From the NCBI GenBank assembly GCA_002269645.1, contig NIVC01003214.1, forward strand, positions 46,860 through 110,859: a DNA stretch of 64,000 nt, read 5' to 3'. The notes beneath the pieces are model-generated. The model searched no databases. It saw only the letters and a list, made by a program, of their open reading frames with translations, and was not told the DNA's origin. Each line of letters begins with the position of its first letter. Position 1 is the stretch's first letter. Made by a program: the position numbers and the translations under genes. This document shows, in pieces, positions 25,150-36,204 of this stretch. Source of the DNA: Macrostomum lignano. Its lineage: Eukaryota.

Positions 25150-26400
25150 TGATTAGCTAAGCAAAATGATTAGCTAAATTGTGTTCATTGCATAACAGAA
25201 CTGAGATCATTGCTTAGCGAAATTGGGTTCATTGCATTACAGAACTGAGATCATTGCTTAGTTAAATTGGGTTTATGGCATTACAGAACTGAGAGCATTG
25301 CTTAGCTAAATTGGGTTCATTGCTTGTTCATTGGGTTCACAGAATCTCTTAGATCCCAATCCTAAATTCACAGAATCTCTTAGATCCCAATCCTAAATTC
25401 ATAGAATCTCTTAGATCCCAATCCTAAATTCATGGGATCTCTTAGATCCCAATCCTAAATTCACAGAATCTCTTAGATCCCAATGCTAAATTCACAGAAT
25501 CTCTTAGATCCCAATGCTAAATTCTTAGAATCTCTTAGATCCCAATCCTAAATTCACAGAATCTCTTAGATCCCAATGCTAAATTCACAGAATCTATTAG
25601 ATTCCAATCCTAAATTCATAGAATCTCTTAAATCCCAATCCTAAATTCATAGAATCTCTTAGATCCCAATCCTAAATTCATAGAATCTCTTAGATCCCAA
25701 TCCTAAATTCACAGAATCTTATATATCAATCCTAAATCATTGCTTAGCTAAATTGTGTTTGTGGCATAACAGAAGTGAGATCATTGCTTAGCTAAATTGT
25801 GTTTGTGGCATAACAGAAGTGAGATCATTGCTTAGCCTAATTGGGTTCATTGCATAACAGAACTAAGATCATTGCTTAGCGTAATTGGGATCATTTGGCA
25901 TAACTAAGTTGGGATCCTTGCATACTAAATTGGGATCATAGCAAACCAGAATTGGAATTATCGCATAATGAAATTGGGCTCATGGCATGATACGAATGGG
26001 ATCATTGAAGAATGGAAAATTGGATTCATAGTTTACCAGAATTATGATTAGTAAGAGGGGTGTCCGTAAGGTAATGAAAATTTTCTGCTACGAGTTGGGA
26101 TCAAGGCAAACCAGAATAGGATCGGATTGGGTTCCCAATAGCCAATTGGGTTCCCAACCCAATAGCTAAATTGTGTTTGTGGCATAACAGAAGTGAGATC
26201 ATTGCTTAGCTAAATTGTGTTTGTGGCATAACAGAAGTGAGATCATTGCTTAGCCTAATTGGGTTCATTGCATAACAGAACTAAGATCATTGCTTAGCGT
26301 AATTGGGATCATTTGGCGTAACTAAAATGGGATTATTGCATAACAAAATTGAGATCCTTTCATAACTAGATTGAGATCATTGCATAACTAGATTGGGATC
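25150..26400. repeat. Composite minisatellite region in the Helitron: 44-bp units flanking a 31-bp array (25338-25735), plus a duplicated block (~25737 vs ~26161)
   Basis: CATTGCTTAGCTAAATTGGG... period 44 (25208, 25252); CACAGAATCTCTTAGATCCCAATCCTAAATT period 31 (25338, 25369). Confidence 0.9.
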
Positions 26401-28469
26401 AAGGCAAACCAGAATAGGATCGGATACAATCGGATCCCAATTTAGTTGTGCCATGAAAGTTAATAAGTAATAGTGAAATTAATGTAGGTAAATATTAGGT
26501 GAATATATAGCAGGTTGGCTGCATATCAATGGGCCTTGAGATTGTGGTTGAAATAACGTGTTCGCTGCTTTTTCACGATTCAGAGGTTCTTCCACTCTAA
26601 AACTGAGGGTATGCAGCCATGAGAGAGAGGTTTGAAGCAGCTTCAGCAAACCTAGAGACTTGTGATAGCTAAGCTTTTTGTGTGACGTTGAGTGCGTGAA
26701 CTTAACTTGCCCCAGTGAATGCCTCTGACCAGCAGTGCAGAGTAAAGCAAGCCAACAAGCAGTAGGATTGACACCATTATTCTTGCAGTCAAATGCAATG
26801 AACTGTGCAATGATACTGTCTTGTTGGCGGAGCCTTCTGCAAGTGCATCATGTTTACTGTTTGTGGGTAATATTTTTAGGTGCAATGCAATTTTTTCTTT
26901 TTTCATTGAACTGAATCCCATTACTGTCCCATTACTGTCGTTTTCTGACATTACTCAGTAGTCACAACTTGTTTCTGTCGAAAAAATAATTTAACAAACG
27001 AAAGAGGAAAATCGCTGAATTCTCTACATTTGGAGTTTGTTTTCTTATAATGTCATAATGATATGTATTTGTATAATAATAATTTTGCCAGATGCTCACT
27101 CAATTGTTGTTGTTTTGTTGTTTTCAATGTGTTTTGCAATTGAAGAAATACAAAAAATGTTTCAGTGGACAAAGACCAGTCCCATGATTCATGAATCTGC
27201 ACACCTGGTACCTGCCTTATTCTATTTTAAAAGATAAATTGTCAGGCATGCATTTATAATGAAGAATGATACAAAATGGATTACTAAGAAAAGAGGTCAG
27301 ATGAGAAATAGGATCTGATCAGAACTGGAATCATTAAGAAAAAGAAAGGAGATTAGAAATTGATCCATTGATATTTAATTAGCCATTGATATGAGCTAAC
27401 CATTTTGAACTATCAAAATGGATCTAATTTGAAATAGACTTTTATGTCATATAGGATTTGATTCAAAATAAGATTTGACAATGTGAATGAGGCATATAAG
27501 AAAAGAGAAGTCTGCTGAGGAGTGTGACTAGAAAAGAAAGGGGGAATTTAGCATGATAATATATATCATATATCATGCCTATATATAGCCAATGTTAGCT
27601 TTATTAAAAGTGTCAAACCAAAGGTCGAAGGATGTAGCTCCAGTTGCTTTTGCAAAGTCCATTCACAATGAGATAGCTGCATTGAACTGACTCTTTAAGT
27701 CATTTATTATAATAAGAGGGGCCTCATTCAAGGGCAATAGTTGCAATGCTGAGCTACTTATTGTTCGGAACATTGCAGTCGCAGTTAGTACGATGAGCAG
27801 GGCTAAGAAATTCACTTACAAATGAAGAAAGTAAAAAATTTCTCGGGATGTGTATAAAACTGTAGTACACATGAGCAATACAAGCAACAAGAAAATCGGA
27901 ATAAAGCAAGTCATTTCTCGGAAAGTCGCAATTTCTTGGAATATTATTTAATTTATTTTCAGTAACAACTAAAAAAGTGCAACAACTAAAAACTATTTTA
28001 AGCTTAAGCTTAAGAAAGACACTTAAAGTACTCCTGCTAAAAGGTATATTATATTAGACGAATATTAATTATTTCTGCTCCCCGAAGGGGGGCAAAACTT
28101 TAGCTAGTACTAAACTAAAGACTATTTAATTGGAGTTAAATTGAAGGAGCAGGAGGAACAGTAAGTGGGCGCAGGGCCCTAACCGATATATTTATAGAAC
28201 ATTTAACATGGGGGGGGTTGAGCCCAGAATAATAAAGAGAGGGGGTGGAGTGCGCGACTGAGGAAAGAGGCGAGAACGGAGAGCCAATCAGAACGCAGCA
28301 AGGGAGAGAGAGATAAGAATAACAAGATTGAGCTAGACAGAGAGAGAGAAAACGGAGTAAACAGAGACAAGTGAAGGTGAACTAAAGAAATGACTAGGAA
28401 AGTCGCGACACGCATAGCCAGAAACGATTGCAATGATTTATTAGATTATTGTATTTTCTGGAAAATATT

Positions 28470-29300
28470 TACAGTATTCTATTAATCACCATTAATCGGT
28501 TGCCTTGCCTAGCAACGCACAGTGGTACAAAAGTCAGGCAGTGGTTGTACCACTGCAGGCACTTGTCCTCCGTGATTCTTGCCCCGACGCACTCGTCTTT
28601 TGTCTCTTGGTAGAATTGCACAATGGTGCGTCCCTGTCGGTCTTCAGCAGTGGGGTTGATGAACCGGTGGCGGTTGACAGGCAGCGACAGCAGCTGCTTG
28701 ATGTCGGCCTTCTAAGAAGAAATCGCGCTCTCGACTGGCGTCGAGAACGGGTTGTAGCTCAGCCTCGTTATGACTACTCACGTTGTCGAGTAGTCATAAT
28801 GGAGATCCGGCAGTTGGGGAATGCCATCTGAATTTTCCCAATAGGGATCTGAAGAAATCCCGCAATTCCGGAGAAATTTCGAAGGAAATTACTTCGTCAT
28901 TTCCCTCACATAGCTCTGTTAGAGCACAAGTCTGTGGAGACATTGCCAGGCAGATGGTGGGCCACGCTGTCCGCCAAAGACGCGGTAGGCCCTCTGCCCG
29001 CGCTCTGCCCTGCCTTGACTTCGCCTATTCCATGTGTCGAAGCCGAACTCATCGACGAAGACCTTGATTTCATTCACCACTTCAGCAGAGCACCACTATG
29101 CACAATACTCAGCGCGTTCTTCAATGACTGCTGGCGAATTTCGTGCAGCAGGGGTGTCGCGGGCCAGCTTCAGCTTAAACAGTATGCCATCCAGTTTTCG
29201 ACTCAAAGTGGAAGTGTCGATGTGCGGTTTATGTTGGAAGTTGGCACATAGTTGGTCGTCCAGTTGCTTCAAGGTCAGCAAAGAATTCCCCTCTAGCCTT
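28470..29300 (-). pseudogene. Decayed Tc1/mariner-IS630 (DDE) transposase
   Basis: Minus-strand translation: LTLKQL...IDTSTLSRKLDG...RNSPAVIEERAEY, VFVDEFGFDTWNRRSQGRAERGQRA...GGQRG (D1), TICLAMSP, DNVSSH (D2), PVESAISS*K (E), ITEDKCLQWYNHCLTFVPLCVAR. Several stops, frameshifts and a deletion; no TIRs recognised. Confidence 0.85.
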
Positions 29301-29486
29301 GTGGCTATTTAAGTTCATCGAGTCAATGTTTCAAAAGCAGCAAAAAATTAAACGTAAAAAGTATGCCAACTTAAGCTCAGCTTGCGGTTGGTGCAGCAAT
29401 AGATAACTTTCCCAGAACACTCGACTAGGGACCTAATTCCTTGTTCTTCCAGAGGGTTTATAGTGGGTCCGCGACCCTAACCCTAA

Positions 29487-29769
29487 TAATAATAATAATA
29501 GTTTATTACACCAGCCCCATTTGGGCCAGATGTGCAACCGACAGCTCAGTCGCAGCTATTGCGCGGCGCATCTGAAGGGGGGTCGCCACACACACCTTCA
29601 ATTACCCCAGCTAATGCTGGCACCCATTTTACAGCTGGGTGAACTGAAGCAATGCAGAGAGTTGTTAAGTGTCTTGCTCAAGGACACAAATTGTTCCCGT
29701 AGCATCAGGAATCGAACCCCCGACCTTCAACTCGTGAGTCCAACCGCTCTAACCACTGAGGCTACAATC
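29487..29769 (-). mobile_element. tRNA-derived SINE, copy 1
   Basis: Minus strand has A box TAGCCTCAGTGG, B box GGTTCGATTCC, central GTGTCCTTGAGCAAGACACTTAAC...CACCCAGCTGTAAATGGGTGCC and an (ATT)n tail. A second copy is at 47158. Confidence 0.85.
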
Positions 29770-30392
29770 CCCTAACCTTAATCCTAACCTAAATGTTAGG
29801 CGATCAAACAGTTGGCATGTTTATTTGTACCTCAGACTTTGTTTATGCCTTTCAAAATTTGTTGATAAAACAAATATTCAACATTTACATGCACTACGTA
29901 GATTGTAGTGGAAAATTTGGTCAATATAGGCGCGGCACGACGCTGAGAGCATGGTAAATGTGTCTCGCAAGTTATTGAAACTTCCAGGCAGGCGGCAATA
30001 ACTAGCAAGATCATAAATTAGCTAGATACGCGTACCTTCACTTTCCATTGAGTTGAAAACCGCCACATTACCCCTTTACAAACCGGCCCAGATTAGACAA
30101 CCGCCAACCAACCCCAAAAGTGAACACTTTCCTAAAAATACAAAGAGATTGTGCGCGACCCTCGTGCACACATAGGTAAAGTTTCTCGTGCACCTTGCTA
30201 TAGGCCTGAATAAAGTTGCGCAATCCAGTTTGAGCCTGTCAGAACGCGATAATTAATTTTAACGTTCTCCAGCCAAAAAGGTGCCGCGTGAAATTTCAGG
30301 GCTGTGTATATAAAGCTACTAGAGAGCTCTGATAAGTTTAAGATAGCTGCTACCGAACTGCATTCCGCCTGGCACATCTCTAGCCTTCACCC

Positions 30393-30684
30393 ATGACTGT
30401 CCTGGAGTGTTTCCGCGAGCTCGTCTGGCTCCTGCGCCGCGGCTTCCCAATGTCTGCTACCGAGTTTTTCTACACCCTGATGATGCCGACCACCCTGGCC
30501 TTCTGCGGCTCGCTCGGCACCATCGATATGGACGCTGCCGGGCTGGCGATTTCGGTGTACCAGCTGACCGTGGAGAACTGCGCCACCTCGGTGCGCTGGG
30601 GTCTCATGCCGTTCCTGGCGCAGACTATGGGCGGCACGAAGAAGTATCGGGTTGGAAATTTTGTACAGCGAGGCCTGCTGGCCG
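30393..30684 (+). CDS. SLC47A: MATE (multidrug and toxin extrusion) transporter, exon 1
   Basis: FCGSLGTIDMDAAGLAISV...LAQTMG...VGNFVQRG aligns by eye to MATE1 TM1-3. Phase-1 donor G|GTGAGG at 30685. Confidence 0.88.
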
Positions 30685-30834
30685 GTGAGGAGATATTGGG
30701 TTGCATTTTTTCAATTTCCTTACTGACTGACTGACTGTAGAATATCACATTGACATTCCTTTTGTATTGCCAATTATCTTTTCGTTTCCTATCATTGCTA
30801 CTGGTTAGAAGTAGCTAAACTGGCCGCATTGATC

Positions 30835-31440
30835 ACTCTCATTGGTCACTCTCTAATCGGTCACTCTCTAATCGGTCACTCTCTAATCGGTCACTCTCTA
30901 ATCGGTCACTCTCTACTCGGTCACTCTCTAATCGGTCACTCTCTACTCGGTCCCTCTCTAATCGGTCACTCTCTAATCGGTCACTCCTAATCGGTCACTC
31001 TCTTAATATGTCACTCTCTAATCGGTCACTCTCTAATCGGTCACTCTCTAATCGGTCACTCTCTAATCGGTCACTCTCTAATCGGTCACTCTCTAATCGG
31101 TCACTCCTAATCGGTCACTCTCTTAATATGTCACTCTCTAATCGGTCACTCTCTAATCGGTCACTCTCTAATCGGTCACTCTCTAATCGGTCACTCTCTA
31201 ATCGGTCCCTCTCTAATCGGTCACTCTCTAATCGGTCACTCTCTAATCGGTCACTCTCTAATCGGTCACTCTCTAATCGGTCACTCTCTTAATCGATCCC
31301 TCTCTAATCGGTCCCTCTCTAATCGGTCACTCTCTAATCGGTCACTCTCTAACCGGTCACTCTCTAATCGGTCACTCTCTAATCGGTCACTCTCTTAATA
31401 TTTCACTCTCTAATCGGTCACTCTCTGATCGGTCACTCTC
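30835..31440. repeat. 15-bp minisatellite (CTCTAATCGGTCACT)n in MATE intron 1
   Basis: Directly visible. Confidence 0.97.
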
Positions 31441-31458
31441 TCAATGTCGAACCTGCAG

Positions 31459-31783
31459 GCCTTCTGTTCACCTGCGTGAACTGGGCCGTGGCACTGAACA
31501 CTGGCAACCTGTTGATCCTGCTGGGCCAAGATCCGGTAATTTCGGCCAAATCCGAGCAATTCCTCATCATCCTGATGCCCGGCTGTCTGGCCATGAACCT
31601 CTGCGAGGCCCTCATCGCCTACACTGACACCGTTGGCTACCTCTGGCCAACCCTGGTGATTCGCTGCGTCTCACTGCTGGTGAACATCCTGCTCCAGTAC
31701 TCGCTGGTGCTGCGTGGCGGTTTCGGCATCGTTGGCTCCGCCGCTGGCTGTCTTTCAGCCTGGCCATCTGCCCGCTGATGCAG
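31459..31783 (+). CDS. SLC47A: MATE transporter, exon 2 (1-nt frameshift near 31746; GC donor)
   Basis: Acceptor ctgcag|GC. Encodes [17 protein letters not shown]...[11 protein letters not shown]...GFGIVGSAA. The exon is one base short of frame; the shifted frame [12 protein letters not shown] ends at CAG|GCGAGT (31784). Confidence 0.82.
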
Positions 31784-31797
31784 GCGAGTGATGCAGC

Positions 31798-32472
31798 TCT
31801 GTCTGTCTGTCTGTCTTGGTGTCTGTCTGTCTTGGTGTCTGTCTGTCTTGGTGTCTGTCTGTCTTGGTGTCTGTCTGTCTTGGTGTCTGTCTGTCTTGGT
31901 GTCTGTCTGTCTTGGTGTCTGTCTGTCTTGGTGTCTGTCTGTCTTGGTGTCTGTCTGTCTTGGTGTCTGTCTGTCTTGGTGTCTGTCTGTCTTGGTGTCT
32001 GTCTGTCTTGGTGTCTGTCTGTCTTGGTGTCTGTCTGTCTTGGTGTCTGTCTGTCTTGGTGTCTGTCTGTCTTAGTGTCTGTCTGTCTTGGTGTCTGTCT
32101 TAGTGTCTGTCTGTGTTGGTGTCTGTCTGTCTTGGTGTCTGTCTGTCTTGGTGTCTGTCTGTGTTGGTGTCTGTCTGTCTTGGTGTCTGTCTGTCTTGGT
32201 GTCTGTCTGTCTTGGTGTCTGTCTGTCTTGGTGTCTGTCTGTCTTGGTGTCTGTCTTGGTGTCTGTCTGTCTTGGTGTCTGTCTGTCTTAGTGTCTGTCT
32301 GTCTTGGTGTCTGTCTTGGTGTCTGTCTGTCTTGGTGTCTGTCTGTCTTAGTGTCTGTCTGTCTTGGTGTCTGTCTGTCTTAGTGTCTGTCTGTCTTGGT
32401 GTCTGTCTTGGTGTCTGTCTGTCTTGGTGTCTGTCTGTCTTGGTGTCTGTCTTGGTGTCTGTCTGTCTTGGG
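31798..32472. repeat. 16-bp minisatellite (GTCTGTCTGTCTTGGT)n in MATE intron 2
   Basis: Directly visible. Confidence 0.97.
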
Positions 32473-32565
32473 TCTATCTCCAAGACACGAAAGCAGAGAG
32501 ACAGACAGACGGAGTGAAAGGCAACCGTATAAAACTCCAATGGTTGATTCCGCGCCCATCCACAG

Positions 32566-32952
32566 GCTGTATTCATCTGGTGCCTTAACATCCACCGGTA
32601 CACCTGGGCTGGCTGGTCAGCCAGGGCCTTTATGGACTGGGGCAAGTTCCTCTTCACTGTGCTGCCCTGTCTGCTCACGCAGACGCTGTGGATCTTCGGC
32701 ACCGAGTACGGCAACTTCCTTGCCGGCCTGATGGGTGCAGCGGAGATCGCCGCCGAGTCGGTAGTGTTCCAGCTGAACCAGCTGGGCTACCTCATCCCCA
32801 TCGGCATCGGCAGCGCTCTCATCGCCAGGATCGGTTTCTACCTGGGCAGCCAGCAGGCAGAGAAGGCCATTAGGGTGGTGGCGACCAGCCTGACGTTCAT
32901 GGCCTGCATAGGAGCTTTTGTTGGCACAGTGTTCTACCTGCTGAGGCATCAG
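32566..32952 (+). CDS. SLC47A: MATE transporter, exon 3
   Basis: Acceptor ccacag|GCT. Encodes TWAGWSARAFMDWGKFL...GNFLAGLMGAAEIAAESVV...IPIGIGSALIARIGFYLGS (cf. MATE1 TWGGWS..QDW, VRVGNALG). Donor CAG|GTCTGT at 32953. Confidence 0.9.
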
Positions 32953-32983
32953 GTCTGTCACTGCTTCTGTCATTTGAATGGCT

Positions 32984-33790
32984 ATACCCGTCACTCTACC
33001 CGTCACTCTACCCGTCACTCTACTCGTCTTTCTACCCGTCACTCTACCCGTCACTCTACCCGTCACTCTACCCGTCACTCTACCCGTCACTCTACCCGTC
33101 ACTCTACCCGTCACTCTACCCGTCACTCTACCCGTCACTCTACCCGTCACTCTACCCGTCACTCTACCCGTCACTCTACCCGTCACTCTACCCGTCACTC
33201 TACCCGTCACTCTACCCGTCACTCTACTCGTCACTCTACCCGTCACTCTACCCCTCACTCTACCCCTCACTCTACCCGTCACTCTACCCGTCACTCTACC
33301 CCTCACTCTACCCCTCACTCTACCCGTCACTCTACCCGTCACTCTACCCGTCACTCTACCCGTCACTCTACCCGTCACTCTACCCGTCACTCTACCCGTC
33401 ACTCTACCGTCACTCTACCCGTCACTCTACCCGTCACTCTACCCGTCACTCTACCCGTCACTCTACCCGTCACTCTACCCGTCACTCTAACCGTCATTCT
33501 AACCGTCACTCTAACCGTCACTCTACCCGTCACTTTAACCGTCACTCTAACCGTCACTCTAACCGTCATTCTAACCGTCACTCTAACCGTCACTCTACCC
33601 GTCACTCTAACCGTCACTCTACCCGTCACTCTACCCGTCACTCTACCCGTCACTCTACCCGTCACTCTACCCGTCACTCTACCCGTCACTCTAACCGTCA
33701 CTCTAACCGTCACTCTATCCGTCACTCTACCCGTCACTCTAACCGTCACTCTACCCGTCACTCTAACCGTCACTCTAACCGTCACTCTAA
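32984..33790. repeat. 12-bp minisatellite (ACCCGTCACTCT)n in MATE intron 3
   Basis: Directly visible; grades into the AACCGTCACTCT variant. Confidence 0.97.
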
Positions 33791-33872
33791 TCAGTTATTT
33801 TATTCGATCATTGGCCTTAGTCACTAACCAGTCACTCTAACCACTCTAACCTCGACCCGCCATCCCATCCAG

Positions 33873-34583
33873 GTGCCGAAGATCTTCTCCCTGGAGCCGG
33901 CCGCTGAGGCTATCTACATCAGCCTGGCGCCCTACCTGTCCTTCTACACGGCATTCCAGCTGGCCGCCTACCCCAGCATCGCAGCCCTGAGGGCCTGCAG
34001 CTACCACATGCACCTGCTGTTCATGAACTTCATCGCTTATTACATCGTCAGCATGCCCCTCGGCGTCAGTCTGGCCTTCGCCGCCGGCTGGCAGCTCAGC
34101 GGCCTGTGGCTCGGCTTTGTCCTCGGCTCCTTCACCTTCTTCGCCCTGCCGTCCCTGTACTTGCTGCGCCTGGATTGGCGCCAGAAGGCTCTGGACGCTC
34201 ACGCCAATGCTGAGATGGAGACCGACATGGAGCTGCTGAACGAACGACAGCCGCTGATGCTCGCCGCCGCTGCCACCAGTGCCGCCACCGCCGGGAATCT
34301 GCACCCGGCCGGAGCCTCTGCCATGGCCTCCTACCAGCTCAGCGCCTCCGTCAGCCAGCGGCAGCGAAACGCCGTCCGCTCCAAGCTGCCAGTCCTGGCG
34401 GCGGCTGTCGCTCTGCTGATTGGCTCGCTGTTCCTCCGCTTGCTGCTGCCGCCGCGAGGGCCGACCGCGCCAGCTGGTCACCATGGAAACGGGACGGCCT
34501 CCACTACAGTGGGGCCGGTGCCGGTGGTCCGGACAACCACCATGGCGATGGCGTCCGCGATGGCCACGAGGCTGTGGACGTGA
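33873..34583 (+). CDS. SLC47A: MATE transporter, exon 4 (terminal, includes TM13-like helix)
   Basis: Acceptor catccag|GTG. Encodes NFIAYYIVSMPLGVSLAF...LSGLWLG...LDWRQKALDA and a C-terminal hydrophobic helix. The corrected spliced CDS is 1716 nt = 571 aa. Confidence 0.9.
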   Translation: MPKIFSLEPAAEAIYISLAPYLSFYTAFQLAAYPSIAALRACSYHMHLLFMNFIAYYIVSMPLGVSLAFAAGWQLSGLWLGFVLGSFTFFALPSLYLLRLDWRQKALDAHANAEMETDMELLNERQPLMLAAAATSAATAGNLHPAGASAMASYQLSASVSQRQRNAVRSKLPVLAAAVALLIGSLFLRLLLPPRGPTAPAGHHGNGTASTTVGPVPVVRTTTMAMASAMATRLWT

Positions 34584-34819
34584 GGTCGGAGCTCCGCTAG
34601 GAGTTTGTGGATTTGTGGACTGAGTGCATCCGCATGGACTCAGAGCTGACCATAATAGCTAACCATTCGGACCCCAGTGACGAGGTCCTCAGTGACGCCA
34701 GTGAGCATAAACCCTAGTGAAACCATGATACCCATTGCGGGGACTCCATAACCCTCCGTGACCCTCGTGACCAATATCGACCCCAATGATTATGTGATCC
34801 CCAGTAGCCTGATGACCTC

Positions 34820-35718
34820 AGGGACCCTATGAACATCTGTGACCTCATGACCCCATTGACCCTATGAACCTCAGTGACCTCATGACCCAGGGACCCTATG
34901 AACCTCAGTGACTTCATGACCCAGTGACCCTATGAACCTCAGTGACCTCATGACCCCAGTGACCCTATGAACCTCAGTGACCTCATGACCCCATTGACCC
35001 TATGAACCTCTGTGACCTCATGACCCCATTGACCCTATGAACCTCGGTGACCTCATGACCCCATCGACCCTATGAACCTCTGTGACCTCATGACCCAGGG
35101 ATCCTATGAACCTCTGTGACCTCATGACCCAGGGACCCTATGAACCTCTGTGACCTCATGACCCCATTGACCCTATGAACCTCAGTGACTTCATGACCCC
35201 ATTGACCCTATGAACCTCTGTGACCTCATGACCCAGGGATCCTATGAACCTCTGTGACCTCATGACCCAGGGACCCTATGAACCTCTGTGACCTCATGAC
35301 CCCATTGACCCTATGAACCTCAGTGACCTCATGACCCCATTGACCCTATGAACCTCTGTGACCTCATGACCCCATTGACCCTATGAACCTCAGTGACCTC
35401 ATGACCCCATTGACCCTATGAACCTCTGTGACCTCATGACCCCATTGACCCTATGAACCTCAGTGACCTCATGACCCAGGGACCCTATGAACCTCAGTGA
35501 CCTCATGACCCCAGTGACCTTATTAACCTCGGTGATCTCATGCCCCCATTGACCCTATGAACCTCATTGACCTTATGACCCTAGTGGCCCTATGAACCTC
35601 AGTGACCTCATGACCCTAGTGACCCTATGAACCTCATTGACCTTATGACCCTAGTGACCCTATGAACCTCAGTGACCTCATGACCCAGTGACCCTATAAA
35701 CCTCAGTGACCTCATTGA
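34820..35718. repeat. 34-35-bp minisatellite (GACCCTATGAACCTCAGTGACCTCATGACCCCATT)n
   Basis: Directly visible. Confidence 0.95.
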
Positions 35719-36204
35719 CTAGAAATATTTCAGATAAAATTTTGATAGTAAAATTCATTAGTCATTTTGGCTACATTAAATTGCAACTTCATCTCGATTT
35801 ACATTTTTAATCCACGCACAATTTGTTATAATTCAGCTTGAATAATCCTGATAACCTTCGTTGTTCTTATCAACGCGTCATTGCTTGAATTTCAATTTCA
35901 ATTTTATTTCATTTCAAATATTTCACTTCGTATCAATTTTATTAATTTTTATTGACTGTAAATCTTGAGAACGAATGCTTCTGTATATTTATTGTTTTAT
36001 TCAGTCAAATTGCTTGATTCATTTAATTAATCGTAGCACGAGCCTTGGTTTTACTAAAATGCAATTGTAAAACTTTCTGAGACCTCTTATTATCGGATAT
36101 TAAATGATAAAAATGCACCGCTGAAATACAAATACTACGAGTAGTATTTGTCTGATATGGTCGGCAGAAAAATTAAAGGTATCAATAAGCATTTCTCGGA
36201 CTTA

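Larger units (their letters stand above)
22147..28107 (+). mobile_element. ~6-kb Helitron (non-autonomous or deleted derivative) carrying an STPR-OTU-OB gene
   Basis: 5' end TAATATACTAAAAATGAAATGCTTGGTTGCTTGC...GAACGGCTCAACCGATTTT resembles animal Helitron 5' ends. 3' end is hairpin GCTCCCC-GAA-GGGGGGC (28077-28093), then CTAG (28104-28107) followed by T. No TIR/TSD. Internal domains are typical Helitron cargo. Confidence 0.8.

Noticed and set aside
29700-29772. tRNA gene
   Set aside because: A and B boxes are present but continue into a SINE body and (ATT)n tail; a second dispersed copy exists.
32953-33840. TRHS/VTLP repeat extension of the MATE ORF (402-aa ORF)
   Set aside because: Read-through into intron 3; splicing 32952 to 33873 restores MATE colinearity.
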